The notes beneath the pieces were generated by a model. It saw only the letters and a program-made list of their open reading frames with translations. It made no database searches and was not told the DNA's origin. Positions 39,186 through 50,053 of a DNA stretch of 64,000 bases are shown here, one piece after another. The stretch lies in assembly GCA_019057385.1 (NCBI GenBank), contig JAHQJS010000007.1, positions 288,001-352,000 on the forward strand, in the 5' to 3' direction. Numbering within the stretch: the stretch's first letter is position 1; every line of letters begins with the position of its first letter. A program made the position numbers and the translations under genes. Source of the DNA: Candidatus Borrarchaeum weybense (GTDB lineage Archaea; Asgardarchaeota; Sifarchaeia; Borrarchaeales; Borrarchaeaceae).

Positions 39186-40466
39186 CTATTTTTTGAATGT
39201 CCGAATGCTGACTGTATCCGTTTTTGCATCAAAATCTAGAATTTTTTTTGTTGACAAATCAAAAATAATTTCTGAAAACGTCTGGGGAGGTAATTGAGAC
39301 TTTATGAACAGAGTATCATAATTCATTTCTTGTTCTTTGTTCTCAGCTAGGATTTCACAAATCGTAAAATAGGGGTCATTTGTTCCTCGAATCAGTCCTA
39401 CGTCATTTAATCTATGGATAAGTTCATCAAACGGGATAATTACTCTTACTTTTTTCATTTTTTTAATTGATTTAGATTTTACTTTGGCATCTTTTAGATC
39501 TACTAGATCCACGATATTTACACTTTCTTCACTTGAGTTTATTGCTTCCATTGTTTCCGTAGGCATAGTCTTAGAAATTTCTTCTTTTTTAAGTTCGTCA
39601 ATTTTGGTTTTTGCTATGTCAATATCACTTTTGACTTTCTTTATTAAAACCTCATTTAATCTTTCATCGATTTGATTCATTTCGATTTCAAGTGCGTGGA
39701 AAGCACTTCTCATTTCTGTGATAGCATCATGAAATTTTGCCATTTGATCATAGAAGAATTTAATATCATCTCTTGCAGACTTAACAAATTGATCTATTTC
39801 CGCTTTCCAATCTGATTCTGGTGCTTCTGTGGAGGCTTTATCTTTTAAAGTTCTCTCTACTATCTCTGTTAATCCTTCGTTGGTCAGTTTTGATATCGGG
39901 GCCTCTTCCAAATCTTCCTCTTGAGTAAGTAACTCCATTGCTTCTACTGAGATATCTTCCTGTGAATCTAGTGTTATTTCTTCTATCTTTACTGATTTTT
40001 CCTCTTTGATTTCTCGTTCAAGATGTTTTCGTGCATTTTTGATTGCTGTCCTTAACGATTTAGTTGCTATACCTAGCGTTTCAGGAATCATATCTACTTC
40101 AAGCTCGGCTATGTCTTCAATTGATGTGATGCCAAATTCAACTAACTTTTCAGCAGTTTTATTACCGATTCCGCGTAACTGCGTCAGTTTTTTGTATATC
40201 TCTACTCTTTCTGCCTCTGTTAGTTCTTCTTCTGTTTTTTCCTTGATGCTATCTACATCAACTTCTTTAGCCTCCTCCTCTTCAAGATCTGATCTTGTGT
40301 CTATTACTTCGTTGTCTACTTGTAAATCTGATATCTGTTCTTCTACATGATTTGATTCTTTGATTTTATCCAGTGCAGCAATAAAAGCGTCTTCTAACTC
40401 TCTTTTTGCGCGATTTTTTGGCGAAAGGGATTTTTCTTCTTCTTCTTCCATAGACAGCTTCCTCAA
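39186..40466 (-). CDS. Acidic protein with helix-hairpin-helix, coiled coil and probable C-terminal winged helix
   Basis: LTQLRGIGNKTAEKLVEFGI HhH motif; E/D-rich linkers. Confidence 0.75.
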   Translation of the reverse strand: MRKLSMEEEEEKSLSPKNRAKRELEDAFIAALDKIKESNHVEEQISDLQVDNEVIDTRSDLEEEEAKEVDVDSIKEKTEEELTEAERVEIYKKLTQLRGIGNKTAEKLVEFGITSIEDIAELEVDMIPETLGIATKSLRTAIKNARKHLEREIKEEKSVKIEEITLDSQEDISVEAMELLTQEEDLEEAPISKLTNEGLTEIVERTLKDKASTEAPESDWKAEIDQFVKSARDDIKFFYDQMAKFHDAITEMRSAFHALEIEMNQIDERLNEVLIKKVKSDIDIAKTKIDELKKEEISKTMPTETMEAINSSEESVNIVDLVDLKDAKVKSKSIKKMKKVRVIIPFDELIHRLNDVGLIRGTNDPYFTICEILAENKEQEMNYDTLFIKSQLPPQTFSEIIFDLSTKKILDFDAKTDTVSIRTFKK

Positions 40467-40664
40467 TTACTCAATATTGATACTCCTTTTAAAACCTTCT
40501 TAGGCAATAGATGATAAAACACTCTAATTAATCTTTTTCTAAAACCACGCGAGATAAACTAAAACACCAAAAAATGATTAGTTCAATACTAAAAGTCAAA
40601 TTTATAAAAAAGAAAAGCAAAGTTTTTAGCAAAAAAGTGAGAAACTAAGTTAAGAGTTGGATAA

Positions 40665-40850
40665 TCACTCATATGCCACGATAACAATGCCTAATTCTTT
40701 TTCAAGAATTTTTACTTTGTTAATTTGTTCTTCGGTCAGTTGAGCTGGTTTCATTTCTTTATATGCTAGAAGAATTTTTCCTCGCATCTCATTCTCTAGA
40801 GCCCGTAGTTTTGCAACATCCATTTCTGATAGGTCAGCATACTTTAGCAT
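40665..40850 (-). CDS. Small protein made of two ~30-aa repeats
   Basis: ADLSE..KLRALENE..ILLAY / AQLTEE..KVKILEKE..VIVAY; GGAGGG SD. Confidence 0.75.
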   Translation of the reverse strand: MLKYADLSEMDVAKLRALENEMRGKILLAYKEMKPAQLTEEQINKVKILEKELGIVIVAYE

Positions 40851-41084
40851 TTGTTTTATCCCTCCAGATATATAGATGACCTAAGCTATATTTGAATTTT
40901 ATTTCCTAGGATAAAGTATCCTATTCCATAATACACTAAAATCAGAGTAGGTTGAGTAAACTAGAAGATTGAGCGGAAGTTCTGAATTGGATTTCTTGAT
41001 TGATCACCCTACCAAGCCTAAAGAAATAGATTAGCAAGAAATCAAGAAAAAACTGGCATAAATAAACCAAAATAAAATATGTAG

Positions 41085-42308
41085 TTATATTTCTAATGAC
41101 TTAAATCTTTCATTTTTGCCTTTCTTTTTGGCTGGAGGCGCTTTTCTCTCAAATATCCCTCCCTCAACATCATAGTCACCAATAGAAGACACAATTTCTT
41201 TTTTCGTAAGAAATTCTTCCAGTGTATATTCTTCATTGAATTTTTTTGAATACCAATCTGGGGGAAAATATTGATAATCGTTATTTCTTGACCGTCTAAA
41301 ATCCCCGTATCTAGGTTCTTTACGAAAGAACTTATTTTGTTCTGTTTGCAAGTTTTCTAATAATTTTGATAAGGATAGCTTTTTACCCGTTTTAAGATTT
41401 AATAGTATAGAAAATAAATGTGACTCCTCAGTTGTTTCACACCCATATTCTTCTTTAATATGTTTGCATTTACGATAAATATCATATTCCTCTTTAGATT
41501 CAATAGCTAAAGTTCTAGCTTCTTCAAATTCATCAGAATTTTGAAATCCGCTGTTTAAAGCTATTTTATATTGTATTGCATGGTTGAAACCTTTAGAAAT
41601 CGCATTCCTATACTCCTTGGCGTTTTTAAATCCTTTAGTTATTCCATTTTTAAATTCCTTAAAATCATTGTATCCAAGCTCTATTGCATAATAGTATATA
41701 TCTGATTCTGATTTAAACCCTGATTTTAATATCTTAAATTCATAGCTGCCAATAAACTCCTCCTCGATTTCATTCCATAAATCATAACGAATCTCGTATT
41801 CTACATAATTGAAGGCCTCTAATGCTTTATAGCATCCTCTAAAACCTATTTTTTTCGATTCTTCGTAATCAGATTTTGTTTTATAACCTAAATTTGTAGA
41901 CTCCTCGTATTCTTTAAAATCCGAGAAGCCACTGTTAATAGCATTATAGTATGCTTCGCCATACTTAAATCCCTTTGAACGTCCATTAATCATATCAGGA
42001 ATGGTATTAAAGCCCCAGCCAATCAACAGGTACATAATCTTTTCGTGAAAGAATAAAAACTCTGTAAAAACTTTTCTCAGGAAATATGTAGTTGTATATC
42101 CACTTCTATCTTCAATCCTGTATATTGTACCATCTTCCTTTCTAATGGCATATTCATGTTTATTAATATAGACTAAGGATGGCTTAAACTTGTTAATAAG
42201 TGCTAAATATGTTTCAAGTTCGCTGATCTTGACTATTGGGACATTAAAATAATCACCTATTTCAATGTATTCAATATTATCAAAATTAGTGTCCAATTCA
42301 ATCCCCAT
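41085..42308 (-). CDS. Hypothetical protein with ~17-aa G[FY]xxxxE[YF] repeats
   Basis: Repeats such as SGFSDFKEYEES, LGYKTKSDYEES, KGFKNAKEYRNA and SGFQNSDEFEEA. Confidence 0.75.
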   Translation of the reverse strand: MGIELDTNFDNIEYIEIGDYFNVPIVKISELETYLALINKFKPSLVYINKHEYAIRKEDGTIYRIEDRSGYTTTYFLRKVFTEFLFFHEKIMYLLIGWGFNTIPDMINGRSKGFKYGEAYYNAINSGFSDFKEYEESTNLGYKTKSDYEESKKIGFRGCYKALEAFNYVEYEIRYDLWNEIEEEFIGSYEFKILKSGFKSESDIYYYAIELGYNDFKEFKNGITKGFKNAKEYRNAISKGFNHAIQYKIALNSGFQNSDEFEEARTLAIESKEEYDIYRKCKHIKEEYGCETTEESHLFSILLNLKTGKKLSLSKLLENLQTEQNKFFRKEPRYGDFRRSRNNDYQYFPPDWYSKKFNEEYTLEEFLTKKEIVSSIGDYDVEGGIFERKAPPAKKKGKNERFKSLEI

Positions 42309-42550
42309 TTAAACCTACAAATGTCATTATAAATTATTTTCGATGTTCTTGAAATAATCTTGTGGTTCCAAATTCACTAAGGGTTCAATTAATACTCAAA
42401 GAGAGCAAAAAATCATCTTTTTATGAACTTACTAAGATTTAAAGAAAATGGATTACACTATTTCTCATCTTCTTCTCGATCAAGAAATGAGTAAGACCTT
42501 AAATAACTTGGTGACAATATTTTATCTGAGTGTTTTAGACCAAGCATCCT

Positions 42551-43471
42551 TTGCGAGAAGAGGATGTGATGAACATGATGAATGAAAATGACAAGATGAA
42601 AAAAGCGTATTCTGCATCTTGGAAGCTAATGAAGGCAAAAATGCGTGTAGATAAACGTATTGAAGATGTTGAAGCATTAGAAAGCATAGAGAAATCAGAT
42701 GTAATCATAGTAAGAGGTCAATATGATTTTATTGAACAGGTCTTCGATAGTGTGGGTCTCCCATACACTTTGATTTCAATATCACAACTAGATCAGTTTA
42801 AACTTGATCCAAGGCAATCTCTACTAATAAACTGCCCTGGTATTATCGAAGGCAATCCCGAAAAGACTATTGATAATATCAAGAGCTTTGTGAGAAACGG
42901 AGGCTTTCTTTTAACCACAGATTGGAGTTTGCGAAATGTATTAGAACCTGTATTTCCAGGCTATGCCAGATATAATGACAGGCCAACAGGTGATGAGTGT
43001 GTGAGAGTCGAAATCTTAGATAAAGAAAACCCCTTTGTTCGAGGAGTAATGGATAATCCAGATTTAGATGATCCTGTATGGTGGCTAGAAGGCAGCTCAT
43101 ATCCGATTGAAATTATTAACAAGGAAAGAATCAAAGTACTAATTTATTCCGATGAATTAAAAGAGCGATATGGTGAAGGAAATGTCGCGATCTATTTCTC
43201 TTATGGCGAAGGAACTGTTTTTCATATGATCTCACATTATTATCTTCAAAGAGCAGAAACCAGAACAAAACGTCATGCTAAAGGCGCAGAAACGTTTGCA
43301 CAAGAAAAAGGAATTACTGATAAAGAAATTATTGATGAAATGAAGGATTTAAATGTAGCTGAAGCCGAAAGCGCATATTCTTCAGCTCAATTCTTTGCAA
43401 ATATCATGGCAGAACAAAAAAAACGATCTTTAGCTAAAGAAAAGAAGGAAAAAAAATCAAAAGACGACTAA
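42551..43471 (+). CDS. Conserved hypothetical protein (class I glutamine amidotransferase-like fold likely)
   Basis: LINCPG, FVRNGGFLLTTDW and GTVFHMISH motifs; start may be a downstream GTG/ATG. Confidence 0.7.
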   Translation: MREEDVMNMMNENDKMKKAYSASWKLMKAKMRVDKRIEDVEALESIEKSDVIIVRGQYDFIEQVFDSVGLPYTLISISQLDQFKLDPRQSLLINCPGIIEGNPEKTIDNIKSFVRNGGFLLTTDWSLRNVLEPVFPGYARYNDRPTGDECVRVEILDKENPFVRGVMDNPDLDDPVWWLEGSSYPIEIINKERIKVLIYSDELKERYGEGNVAIYFSYGEGTVFHMISHYYLQRAETRTKRHAKGAETFAQEKGITDKEIIDEMKDLNVAEAESAYSSAQFFANIMAEQKKRSLAKEKKEKKSKDD

Positions 43472-43677
43472 TAGTGCTATACGACATATAGCACCCAAAC
43501 TGTTTCATTTTAAGACATTTTTTTCTGCAGTTTTCATTTTAATTGAGATGTAGGCAAAATACGTCCTAAAAACCGATTCTTTATTAAAAACTTCCTTAAT
43601 CAAAAACTTATTTTCATAACCTTTGCAAAGTCTATATGTACTAGAGCTTCGAGTTATTAAACTGGAGGATTCTTGAA

Positions 43678-45345
43678 ATGAAGATAGCTATGGCGCAGAT
43701 TAATACCACCGTAGGCGATTTAGATGGTAATACTGAAAAAATAAGAGAATATATGAACTATGCAAAAAAGAATAATGCTGACCTGATCGTATTTCCCGAG
43801 CTTGCAATCACTGGTTACCCTCCTCAAGACTTGCTTTTCGAAAATGCATTTGTCAAGAGAAACAAAGAATTGCTAGAAGAAATAATAATCAGCGAAGGAG
43901 ATATTGCAGGTATAATTGGTTTTATTGATTACAAGGGAAGAAATCTCTATAACGCTGCAGCAATTTTTATGGAAAATGAATTGATTGGTGTGGCTTACAA
44001 GACACTTTTACCCACATATGATGTATTTGATGAAGCTAGGTATTTCATACCTACAAGAGAAGAAGACATCAAACCAATATTAATGAAAATTAATGAAACG
44101 GAGTTTAATTTAGGCATAGAAATCTGCGAAGACCTGTGGGATGAAGATTATGACATAAAAGTTACAGATTGCTTAGCAGAAAAAATGGCAGATATAATCG
44201 TTAACATTTCAGCGTCACCATTCTATGCAGAAAAAAGGTTTGAACGAGAACACTTGTTGAAAAAGAAGTCTAAAAGAAATAAAGTCCCAATTTTTTATGT
44301 GAATTTAGTTGGTGGTCAAGACGAGCTTGTTTTCGATGGGCAAAGCCTAGCTGTAGATAGTTCTGGAAATCTAATAGCTATGGGCAAACAATTTGAAGAA
44401 GATCTTATAATTACTGATATTGACCTAGAGGCGGGTTCTGCTGAGAAAATTGAATCCTTTACATACAATAAAGAACAGGAAATGTATGATGCCTTAGCAT
44501 TGGGCATAAGGGATTATTTTAGAAAGACGGGATTCAAGAAAGCCTTAATTGGAATGAGCGGTGGAATCGACTCTTCATTAACAACATGCATAGCGGTAGA
44601 TGCTTTAGGTAAAGAAAATGTTATCGGGGTGTCTATGCCCTCTAAATATTCAAGTGATCACAGCAAAACCGATGCACAAAAGTTAGCTGAAAACTTGGGA
44701 ATCTGCTTCGTTCAAATTCCTATTCAGGGAATTGTTAACACTTACCAAAAAACTCTAGAAACACCCTTAGAGGAAATAAGGAAACGATTTGGCACAGAAA
44801 AAGAAAGAGACGACCCTGTTGCTGATGAAAATATACAGCCTAGAACACGAGGAAACTGCTTGATGGACATATCCAACCGATTAAAAGATCTGAAAATATT
44901 GGTTTTAAATACCGGGAATAAAACTGAAATTGCCCTTGGCTATTGTACCTTATATGGAGATATGACTGGCGGAATTGGAGTGATTGGCGATGTAAGTAAA
45001 TTAGAAGTCTATAAACTTGCACACTATGTGAATGAAAAGGTAGGCAGGAAGATCATACCACATGACGTGCTTGTGAAAAAACCTTCTGCTGAATTAAAGG
45101 AAAATCAATTTGATCCTTTTGATTTCGATATAGTCAGCCCCTTGGTTGATGAAATCATAGAAAATAGAAGAAGTAAGCGTGAATTGATTGAAAAGGGCTA
45201 TCCAAAAGAAGTTGTAGAAGATACTTACAGAAGGGTGAGACATGCTGAGTATAAAAGATGGCAGGCACCTCCATGTATAAAAATCACGCCTAAAGCGTTT
45301 GGTATTGGATGGAAAATGCCCATCGTTAATAGATACAGCGGATAA
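43678..45345 (+). CDS. nadE: Glutamine-dependent NAD+ synthetase
   Basis: Nitrilase triad FPEL / YK / ICEDLW; SGGIDS, ENIQPR, GYCTLYGD and PSAEL motifs. Confidence 0.95.
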   Translation: MKIAMAQINTTVGDLDGNTEKIREYMNYAKKNNADLIVFPELAITGYPPQDLLFENAFVKRNKELLEEIIISEGDIAGIIGFIDYKGRNLYNAAAIFMENELIGVAYKTLLPTYDVFDEARYFIPTREEDIKPILMKINETEFNLGIEICEDLWDEDYDIKVTDCLAEKMADIIVNISASPFYAEKRFEREHLLKKKSKRNKVPIFYVNLVGGQDELVFDGQSLAVDSSGNLIAMGKQFEEDLIITDIDLEAGSAEKIESFTYNKEQEMYDALALGIRDYFRKTGFKKALIGMSGGIDSSLTTCIAVDALGKENVIGVSMPSKYSSDHSKTDAQKLAENLGICFVQIPIQGIVNTYQKTLETPLEEIRKRFGTEKERDDPVADENIQPRTRGNCLMDISNRLKDLKILVLNTGNKTEIALGYCTLYGDMTGGIGVIGDVSKLEVYKLAHYVNEKVGRKIIPHDVLVKKPSAELKENQFDPFDFDIVSPLVDEIIENRRSKRELIEKGYPKEVVEDTYRRVRHAEYKRWQAPPCIKITPKAFGIGWKMPIVNRYSG

Positions 45346-45420
45346 AAAGAAGAGGATGACTCCGAATCATTTATAGAATATTATGAAGCCCACATAAAAT
45401 GAAGAAAAGGGGATGATATA

Positions 45421-46260
45421 TTGTCACCTCCTGAAGAAGAAAATGATAAAGAAAATGGATTAGTAAAAAAATTGATAGAACTCGCAGAAGATGGAGAGTT
45501 ATCGCCAGAAAAAATAATTGAACTTGCAGAAAAAAGTAATGTTGCCGATCAATATTATGAAAGAGGTCGTACTTTCATAAGTATCGATCGTGATGAAGCA
45601 TTTGAGTACTTTCAAGCAGCTTATAAACTTTATAGCGAAATAGGAAATTCTTTGGGACAGGCAAACGCATTACATTGGATTGGAGTAACATATAGGGCTG
45701 AATCAGACTGGGACAAATCAATAGAGTATGAGCAAAGGGCTTTTGAAATTTATTCAAATTTAAATCATAAAGAGGGTATGGGCGAGACTATACATAATAT
45801 TGGTTATTGCTATTATTATCTCGAAAAGTATGATGAAGCGATAAAATCTTTTGAAAAATCAATTGAAATTCACAAAGAATTAGGCGTAATGGATAGACTT
45901 CGAGATAGTTTATTCAACTTAGCTTCGAATTACAAAAACCTAGGCACTTATTCTGCGTCAATAGAGCATTTTGAAAAGTGCCTTGAAATGGATTTTAAAG
46001 AGGGCAAACAAGATGATCAAGCTCGGGATTTGCTGGAACTTGCTGACAGTTATAAAGGCTTAAATGAATATACAAGTTCGCTAAAGTATTATCAACAATC
46101 TTATGAACTATATAAAGAGTTAGACTATGGTTTTCGTCAATCTGAGATAATTGATAAAATTAAGACAATACTATCAGAAATTGAAAAAGAAAAAGAACTG
46201 CCTAATGAATTACGTAAAGAAGTAACTAATGTTAAAACTTTGATTACAAAAAAAAAGTAA
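45421..46260 (+). CDS. Tetratricopeptide repeat protein
   Basis: About five 40-aa TPR-like repeats. Confidence 0.85.
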   Translation: MSPPEEENDKENGLVKKLIELAEDGELSPEKIIELAEKSNVADQYYERGRTFISIDRDEAFEYFQAAYKLYSEIGNSLGQANALHWIGVTYRAESDWDKSIEYEQRAFEIYSNLNHKEGMGETIHNIGYCYYYLEKYDEAIKSFEKSIEIHKELGVMDRLRDSLFNLASNYKNLGTYSASIEHFEKCLEMDFKEGKQDDQARDLLELADSYKGLNEYTSSLKYYQQSYELYKELDYGFRQSEIIDKIKTILSEIEKEKELPNELRKEVTNVKTLITKKK

Positions 46261-46266
46261 ATTTGA

Positions 46267-47859
46267 TCAGGAATTCAAAATTTTTTCGGCTTCAACTCGA
46301 TATGCATCCATAACGTAAGGAATTCCTGAGATTTTTGCGGCGTCTTCTGTCAGTGCCATAAGGTCATCACGCGAAATTGTTGATAGTTTGAAATTCCTAG
46401 ATCCTGCCATTAGTTGTTGAAGACCTACTTTAAACTTCTGACAGAATGTATAGATTCCAATTGCACCTAACGGTATTTTTTCGAAATCGCTTTCGTATTT
46501 TTCCTTCAATTCTTCGTATTTGACAAATATCTGTTCAACCGTATTGCCAAATTTAGAAACTGACTTAGGTAAGTTGCCTTCTTCTAACCATTTGCCAATG
46601 TTTTTACCTACCATACCGGGTATCATCAAGCCCCTTCCAATGCAAACAGCTTTTACATAAGGTGCACCCATTGCAAGGGCTTTAAAAACACCATCTTCAG
46701 TAGAAAATCCACCGGCAATGGCAATATCAGGAACTCTGATTCCATTTTCATTTAATTGTTCACAGAATTGATACGTAAGTGCTTGAATATAGAATGTAGG
46801 AATACCCCATTCATTCATCATTGGCCATGGGCTCATTCCAGTCCCACCAGAAGCACCATCTATTGTAAGGAGATCAAGTTTAGCTTCAGCGCCATAGCGA
46901 ATTGCCATTGCAAGTTCAACCATTGAATATGCTCCAGTCTTTAATGTAATTCTCTTAAACCCAATTTCACGAAGCCTATCTATTTCCTCAAGAAATGCTT
47001 CCTTGGTAACAAAACCTAACCGAGAGTGTCTCTCAAATTCCGTGATCGCCCCTTCTTTATAGGCCTTTTGGACAGAAGAAAGCATTGGATTAGGCGTCAC
47101 AATATAACCTCTCCTCTTCAGTTCAGTAGCCCTTTCAATTGAGTTAACCTTTATTTCTCCGCCAATGCATTTAGCGCCTTGTCCCCATTTAAGTTCAATA
47201 GTCTCTAAATTGTGTTTGCTGCCAACGTATTCCGCTACTCCGAGTCTCGTATCTTCAACATTCATCTGAACGAGGATTTCGCCGTAACCGTCATTATGAA
47301 ATAGTCTATATGTATCTATTCGGCGATCCATTTCGGGGCTTTTTTGTATTTTACCATTGCTGTCAAGTTCAAGGTTAGGATCAATTCCACAGACATTCTC
47401 CCCACACACAAGAGTAATATCTGATATAGCTGCCCCTATCGCAAAATGTTCCCAATTTACTTCTGCGATCTCAGTTGATCCTAAGGCACCTGTAAAAATT
47501 GGAACTGCCATTTTAACGTTCTCAGTCCAACCATATTCTGTCTCAGTATCTACAACTGGAAATAATGCAGTGTCAGGTCCAGCATCTATTCCTTCAGGCA
47601 TTCCTTTTGCCCCAATGGCATATCCCTGAATATTTAAATGTGAATAATCAACAGGATAGGTTTTATCAGCACCCGCTGTTACTTTTCCGAAATTTCCAGG
47701 ATAAAGGACTTCTCTTCCTCGAAATGAAGCTTGAAAGATTTCACAGTTGCCTCGACATCCATCAATACAGATGGAACATATTCCTGACACAGGAGCAACA
47801 CTTCTTGATCTGTTTATTGTTCCTGTTGCATCGTTGGCATTTGGTTGTCGCAAATTCAT
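46267..47859 (-). CDS. FMN-binding glutamate synthase family protein (GltB domain 2)
   Basis: ELKWGQGAK..GGE, DGASGGTG and AGGF motifs; N-terminal CSICIDGC..C. Confidence 0.92.
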   Translation of the reverse strand: MNLRQPNANDATGTINRSRSVAPVSGICSICIDGCRGNCEIFQASFRGREVLYPGNFGKVTAGADKTYPVDYSHLNIQGYAIGAKGMPEGIDAGPDTALFPVVDTETEYGWTENVKMAVPIFTGALGSTEIAEVNWEHFAIGAAISDITLVCGENVCGIDPNLELDSNGKIQKSPEMDRRIDTYRLFHNDGYGEILVQMNVEDTRLGVAEYVGSKHNLETIELKWGQGAKCIGGEIKVNSIERATELKRRGYIVTPNPMLSSVQKAYKEGAITEFERHSRLGFVTKEAFLEEIDRLREIGFKRITLKTGAYSMVELAMAIRYGAEAKLDLLTIDGASGGTGMSPWPMMNEWGIPTFYIQALTYQFCEQLNENGIRVPDIAIAGGFSTEDGVFKALAMGAPYVKAVCIGRGLMIPGMVGKNIGKWLEEGNLPKSVSKFGNTVEQIFVKYEELKEKYESDFEKIPLGAIGIYTFCQKFKVGLQQLMAGSRNFKLSTISRDDLMALTEDAAKISGIPYVMDAYRVEAEKILNS

Positions 47860-48360
47860 ATTGTATACCTCCGCATAGTATTCATTTTGTGGAGGGCTTA
47901 TAGCAACCTTGGTACCATATCAATGTCTCTAATTGTTTTGACGGCACAGAAGTTGCCTCTAGGTTTTCCAATGATCAATGCATTATAGTTGTTCATAGGG
48001 AAACCGTATTGCCCAATATTTACAATCATCCATTTTTTGTCTTTTTTTTAACGTGAATCCTTGCCACTTAGGTACAATCTCCATAAAAACTTTTTGTTGA
48101 TCGTCAATTTCAAAATGAAAGAATACTTTATCTTGCGAATTAATTACGAAATAATATTGTACATTTGAAAAAAAGATGTAGAACCAACTATACGAATGAT
48201 AAGAATCTCTTCTACAAAATAGAAGATTGAACAATCAATAATTTGCGTTTTTTACATATGCAAAATCTCTACAAACTTGCACATCAATAGAATTATACTT
48301 CAGTAATCAGCAAAACCGTAAAAGTGCTTTAAAAAAGAATTTATCGAATGAAAGTAAGTT

Positions 48361-49023
48361 TCATAGTTCAATTACTTTGCCTACGCCACCCTCAATGTAC
48401 TTTTCAGGGTATAAAGATTTTATTTTCGATTTGTGACTGGTACAGTGAAGTGGGCAGATGAATTCCAAATCTTCGATAAGATCAAAATCATTGAAGCCAT
48501 GCAAACCTCCAATAAGCGCATACGGTTTTCCGAATCGCGAGGCTCCCTCCAAAATATTCTTAACTCCCGAATGAGCGCAGCCTACGATTATAACAAGCCC
48601 TTTTTCTGTTTTAACTACGAGAGATTGTTCTATGCCTCTTAGCGTTCCAGTGGAGAAAATGTTTTCGTGAATTTGAAGAGGTTCTTTTATCTTAATTACT
48701 TCTTTTGCATTTCGCAGTTCTTGGTAAGATGAGGGAAGATAAATTTTGATCGGATTCACTCTTAGAAAATCTAAAAGCCCACCAGTGTGATCTCCATGAG
48801 CATGAGAAATGAAAACTTCATCAATAGACCTGATATCGATATTCAGTTTTTCCATATTGTTAAGAAGTATGGTGCCTCTTCCACCTGTATCAAAAAGTAT
48901 CCTCTTATTATAAGCTTTTACAAGGCAAGAGAAACCCCATGCATTTTTAAGTCCCTCTTTCCATATATTATTGTCATAGACAATGGTGATTTCCGTTTCA
49001 TCACCCTCAATATTTAGATTCAA
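48361..49023 (-). CDS. MBL-fold metallo-hydrolase, overlapping the purC stop
   Basis: WGFS, LFDTG, SHAHGDHTGG, GCAHSG, GGLH and LHCT motifs. Confidence 0.88.
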   Translation of the reverse strand: MNLNIEGDETEITIVYDNNIWKEGLKNAWGFSCLVKAYNKRILFDTGGRGTILLNNMEKLNIDIRSIDEVFISHAHGDHTGGLLDFLRVNPIKIYLPSSYQELRNAKEVIKIKEPLQIHENIFSTGTLRGIEQSLVVKTEKGLVIIVGCAHSGVKNILEGASRFGKPYALIGGLHGFNDFDLIEDLEFICPLHCTSHKSKIKSLYPEKYIEGGVGKVIEL

Positions 49024-50053
49024 GCCATTTTTTATAACTATTCACTACTTCTTCAAGTTTAGGTGAATCAAGAATATTTGTGTCTAGAAATGCATTAGCT
49101 GTAGACATATACATTTGTGAGATTATTCCTTTTAGCTCTGGGTCAAGATTTCGTGGTTTAGAACTACACAGCTTTTTCCAGTCTCTAATTCTTTGTACTT
49201 TCGCAATCTCTTTAGCATTTTCTACGTCTTTATACCAGTCCGTCGTTTTATAGAACTGCCTTGCAATCTCTTTACTTACGTGTATTTCATTAAAAGTGAA
49301 TCTACACTCATCTAAAGTTCCAATAACATCCACAAGCATTAATTCCCTGTTAGGTCCATATCCAAGTTCAATCTTGCCATCTTCATTTGTTAAATTTGCT
49401 TTTTTCGCAGTTTCTGTGATAAGGTTGTTCACGTCAGAAATAACTTTCTTGATTTCATTTAACTCTAGATCTTTTAATTTAGCAATATCCTGCGCTTCTT
49501 TCCAGGTGATGTATCTGTCTCTTTCTTCCAATTTCGTGCTTACATCAAAAAGGGGAATTTCAAGTCTTTCTCCAGGTTGTGGAGAGTGATCTAAACCCAG
49601 GACTTCGTAAGTGATATCTCCTCGTTCGAGTCTCTTAAAAACGCTCGAGCCTTCTGGCAGACCATTTCTATAGATCACTTCAAGTGGGATCAAGAAATTT
49701 GTAAGATCTGACTCAAATACTGAATAATCGTAATAACCAGACTCAAATTTTGGATAAATGACTCTAACTAAATTGACTTCCATTATATTCGTTGGTTCTT
49801 CTAAATCATTTATTCTTACTGTTGTCCCATCTTTGCTTACTAAACCTCGATAATGGGTTTTAATGCCCATTTCTTCTGCTCTTTCAAAACAATAAGCACC
49901 CATTAAACATAGTGCTGCGCCTTTATTAGATATATGATCTGGCATTTCTCCCCAATCAAAAACAGAATATCGATCTGAAAAAATAAATTGTCCAACGCCC
50001 AGCTCATTTTCTTGTGCCATTTTTAAGGTTTTTAAATCTTTAACGCTGCCCAT
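49007..50053 (-). CDS. purC: SAICAR synthetase
   Basis: GSVKD, FSDRYSVFDWG, IPLEVIYRN, DGKIE and DVIGTLDECRF motifs. Confidence 0.93.
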   Translation of the reverse strand: MGSVKDLKTLKMAQENELGVGQFIFSDRYSVFDWGEMPDHISNKGAALCLMGAYCFERAEEMGIKTHYRGLVSKDGTTVRINDLEEPTNIMEVNLVRVIYPKFESGYYDYSVFESDLTNFLIPLEVIYRNGLPEGSSVFKRLERGDITYEVLGLDHSPQPGERLEIPLFDVSTKLEERDRYITWKEAQDIAKLKDLELNEIKKVISDVNNLITETAKKANLTNEDGKIELGYGPNRELMLVDVIGTLDECRFTFNEIHVSKEIARQFYKTTDWYKDVENAKEIAKVQRIRDWKKLCSSKPRNLDPELKGIISQMYMSTANAFLDTNILDSPKLEEVVNSYKKWLESKY

